DNA of 64,000 nt from Phormidesmis sp. (GTDB lineage: Bacteria; Cyanobacteriota; Cyanobacteriia; Leptolyngbyales; Leptolyngbyaceae), in NCBI GenBank assembly GCA_965248535.1, contig CBDFJR010000005.1, positions 1,056,001 through 1,120,000 of the forward strand, given 5' to 3'. The translations under genes and the position numbers were made by a program. Positions 62,886 to 64,000 of this stretch are shown here, piece by piece. The notes under the pieces are model-generated. The model worked only from the letters and a program-made list of their open reading frames with translations, searched no databases and was not told where the DNA came from. Position 1 is the stretch's first letter. Each line of letters starts with the position of its first letter.

Positions 62886-63514
62886 ACAGAGATGCCAAAC
62901 GGCAGAATGATGTGGCGAGTTGAGTCGATTGTCAGCCATCCCTCTTCGCGCAACTGTCCGAGTAGCCGGGTGATGGTGACGCGAGTGGTGCCGATCGCAT
63001 TGGCTAAATGTTGGTGAGTCAACCGCACGTTGAGCCGCATTCCTGTTTTTACAGGCTGCCCTACTTCGTGCTGAAGCAAGATTAGGAGTTGTCTGAGTCG
63101 ATCTTCTACCCGGCGGCACCCTGCCAGGGCCAAAAAGGCTTCCGATTGTTGTAATCGGCGACTCAAGTGTCGAAAAATCTCTTGAGACAGTAGGGGAGAT
63201 TGCTCAATGTCGCTCATGCTCACCCCCATCAAATCAACGTCGGTCAGCGCGATCGCCTGATAGGGATTGATATAGGTGAGGGGCAACCCAAACGGCATTG
63301 AGCCACTCACCAAACCCAGCAGGGCCTCATCTCCCGTGGGGTAGAGAGTGCTAAGTAAAACGACCCCCCGGCAAACCACCCAAATCTCGTGGGGATACAT
63401 TTGAATTTGCTGTCCGCTGCGATAGGGATGCAGGGTGCGTCCTTGATAGCGCTGCTCTAAAATTTGGCGCAAATCAGAGGGATGGGGAGCTTCTGAAGCA
63501 AACGATTGGATCAT
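62882..63514 (-). CDS. Crp/Fnr family transcriptional regulator
   Basis: LTHQHLANAIGTTRVTITRLL HTH. Confidence 0.92.
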   Translation of the reverse strand: MIQSFASEAPHPSDLRQILEQRYQGRTLHPYRSGQQIQMYPHEIWVVCRGVVLLSTLYPTGDEALLGLVSGSMPFGLPLTYINPYQAIALTDVDLMGVSMSDIEQSPLLSQEIFRHLSRRLQQSEAFLALAGCRRVEDRLRQLLILLQHEVGQPVKTGMRLNVRLTHQHLANAIGTTRVTITRLLGQLREEGWLTIDSTRHIILPFGISV

Positions 63515-63695
63515 GGGAAATCACGCTATAGCAGATCCTCGCGTTCACTTTAAAGCCTGAACCTCAAGAGAAGGTAATTTGCAGGTTGGGGTCTGGTTAA
63601 GCTTTGGGTAAGACCCCTGAAGTTGACCCCCAAAAACTCAAATGATTTCTTCGTCTTGCAGGCTCCTCAACCTCGCTACAATAATCAAGAAGTAG

Positions 63696-64000
63696 ATGAG
63701 GGCAGACTTGCAGGTGACTCACGATCGAGCAACTCCTAACAGCGACGAACCATTGCCTGATCAGAAGGCACTTTCTCCTAGCTACTACACGTTGCTGGGG
63801 TTACGCCCGTCAGCATCGGGGCCAGATATTCGCCAGGCTTATCGCGAGTTGAGCAAGCTTTATCATCCAGATATCACTCAGTTGCCATCGGCGATCGCGA
63901 CTCAAAAGTTTCAGCAACTCAATGAGGCTTATGCGACGTTGAGTAACGGCGATCGCAAAACTGCCTATGACTTAAAAATTGGCTATTCCCGCGTGGTCGT
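63696..64000 (+). CDS. J-domain (DnaJ-like) protein, runs off the window end
   Basis: Manual translation YYTLLGL..IRQAYRELSKLYHPD..FQQLNEAY. Confidence 0.88.
   Translation, partial: MRADLQVTHDRATPNSDEPLPDQKALSPSYYTLLGLRPSASGPDIRQAYRELSKLYHPDITQLPSAIATQKFQQLNEAYATLSNGDRKTAYDLKIGYSRVV

Overview
Cyanobacterial chromosomal window. The HIP1 octamer GCGATCGC is abundant and ndhN, ldpA, ycf45, XisH/XisI and GUN4 are present; the gene style suggests a filamentous Leptolyngbya-like organism (inference). The core content is tmRNA, an NrtR-regulated NAD operon (pncB-nadD-nrtR-nadE), the large ribosomal protein cluster from rplC to prfA, gpmI-secG, hisC and others. Accessory content: (i) a low-GC, HIP1-free gene pair at 1770-4910, a HEPN protein followed by a large protein with an MNT/BolA-like N-terminus, a ParA-like KGGVGR ATPase and a second P-loop ATPase, which is a candidate defence system; (ii) an unannotated integrase-less cluster of attC sites (about 9.8-13.1 kb) with a BrnT/BrnA cassette, gene remnants and a divergent UDG-superfamily glycosylase; (iii) a solo tnpB element; (iv) a three-gene operon with two BrxD/DUF2791-like ATPases and no other BREX genes. 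secY and a metalloprotease each carry a one-base frameshift, probably sequencing errors. All calls are by-eye motif recognition; no searches were run.
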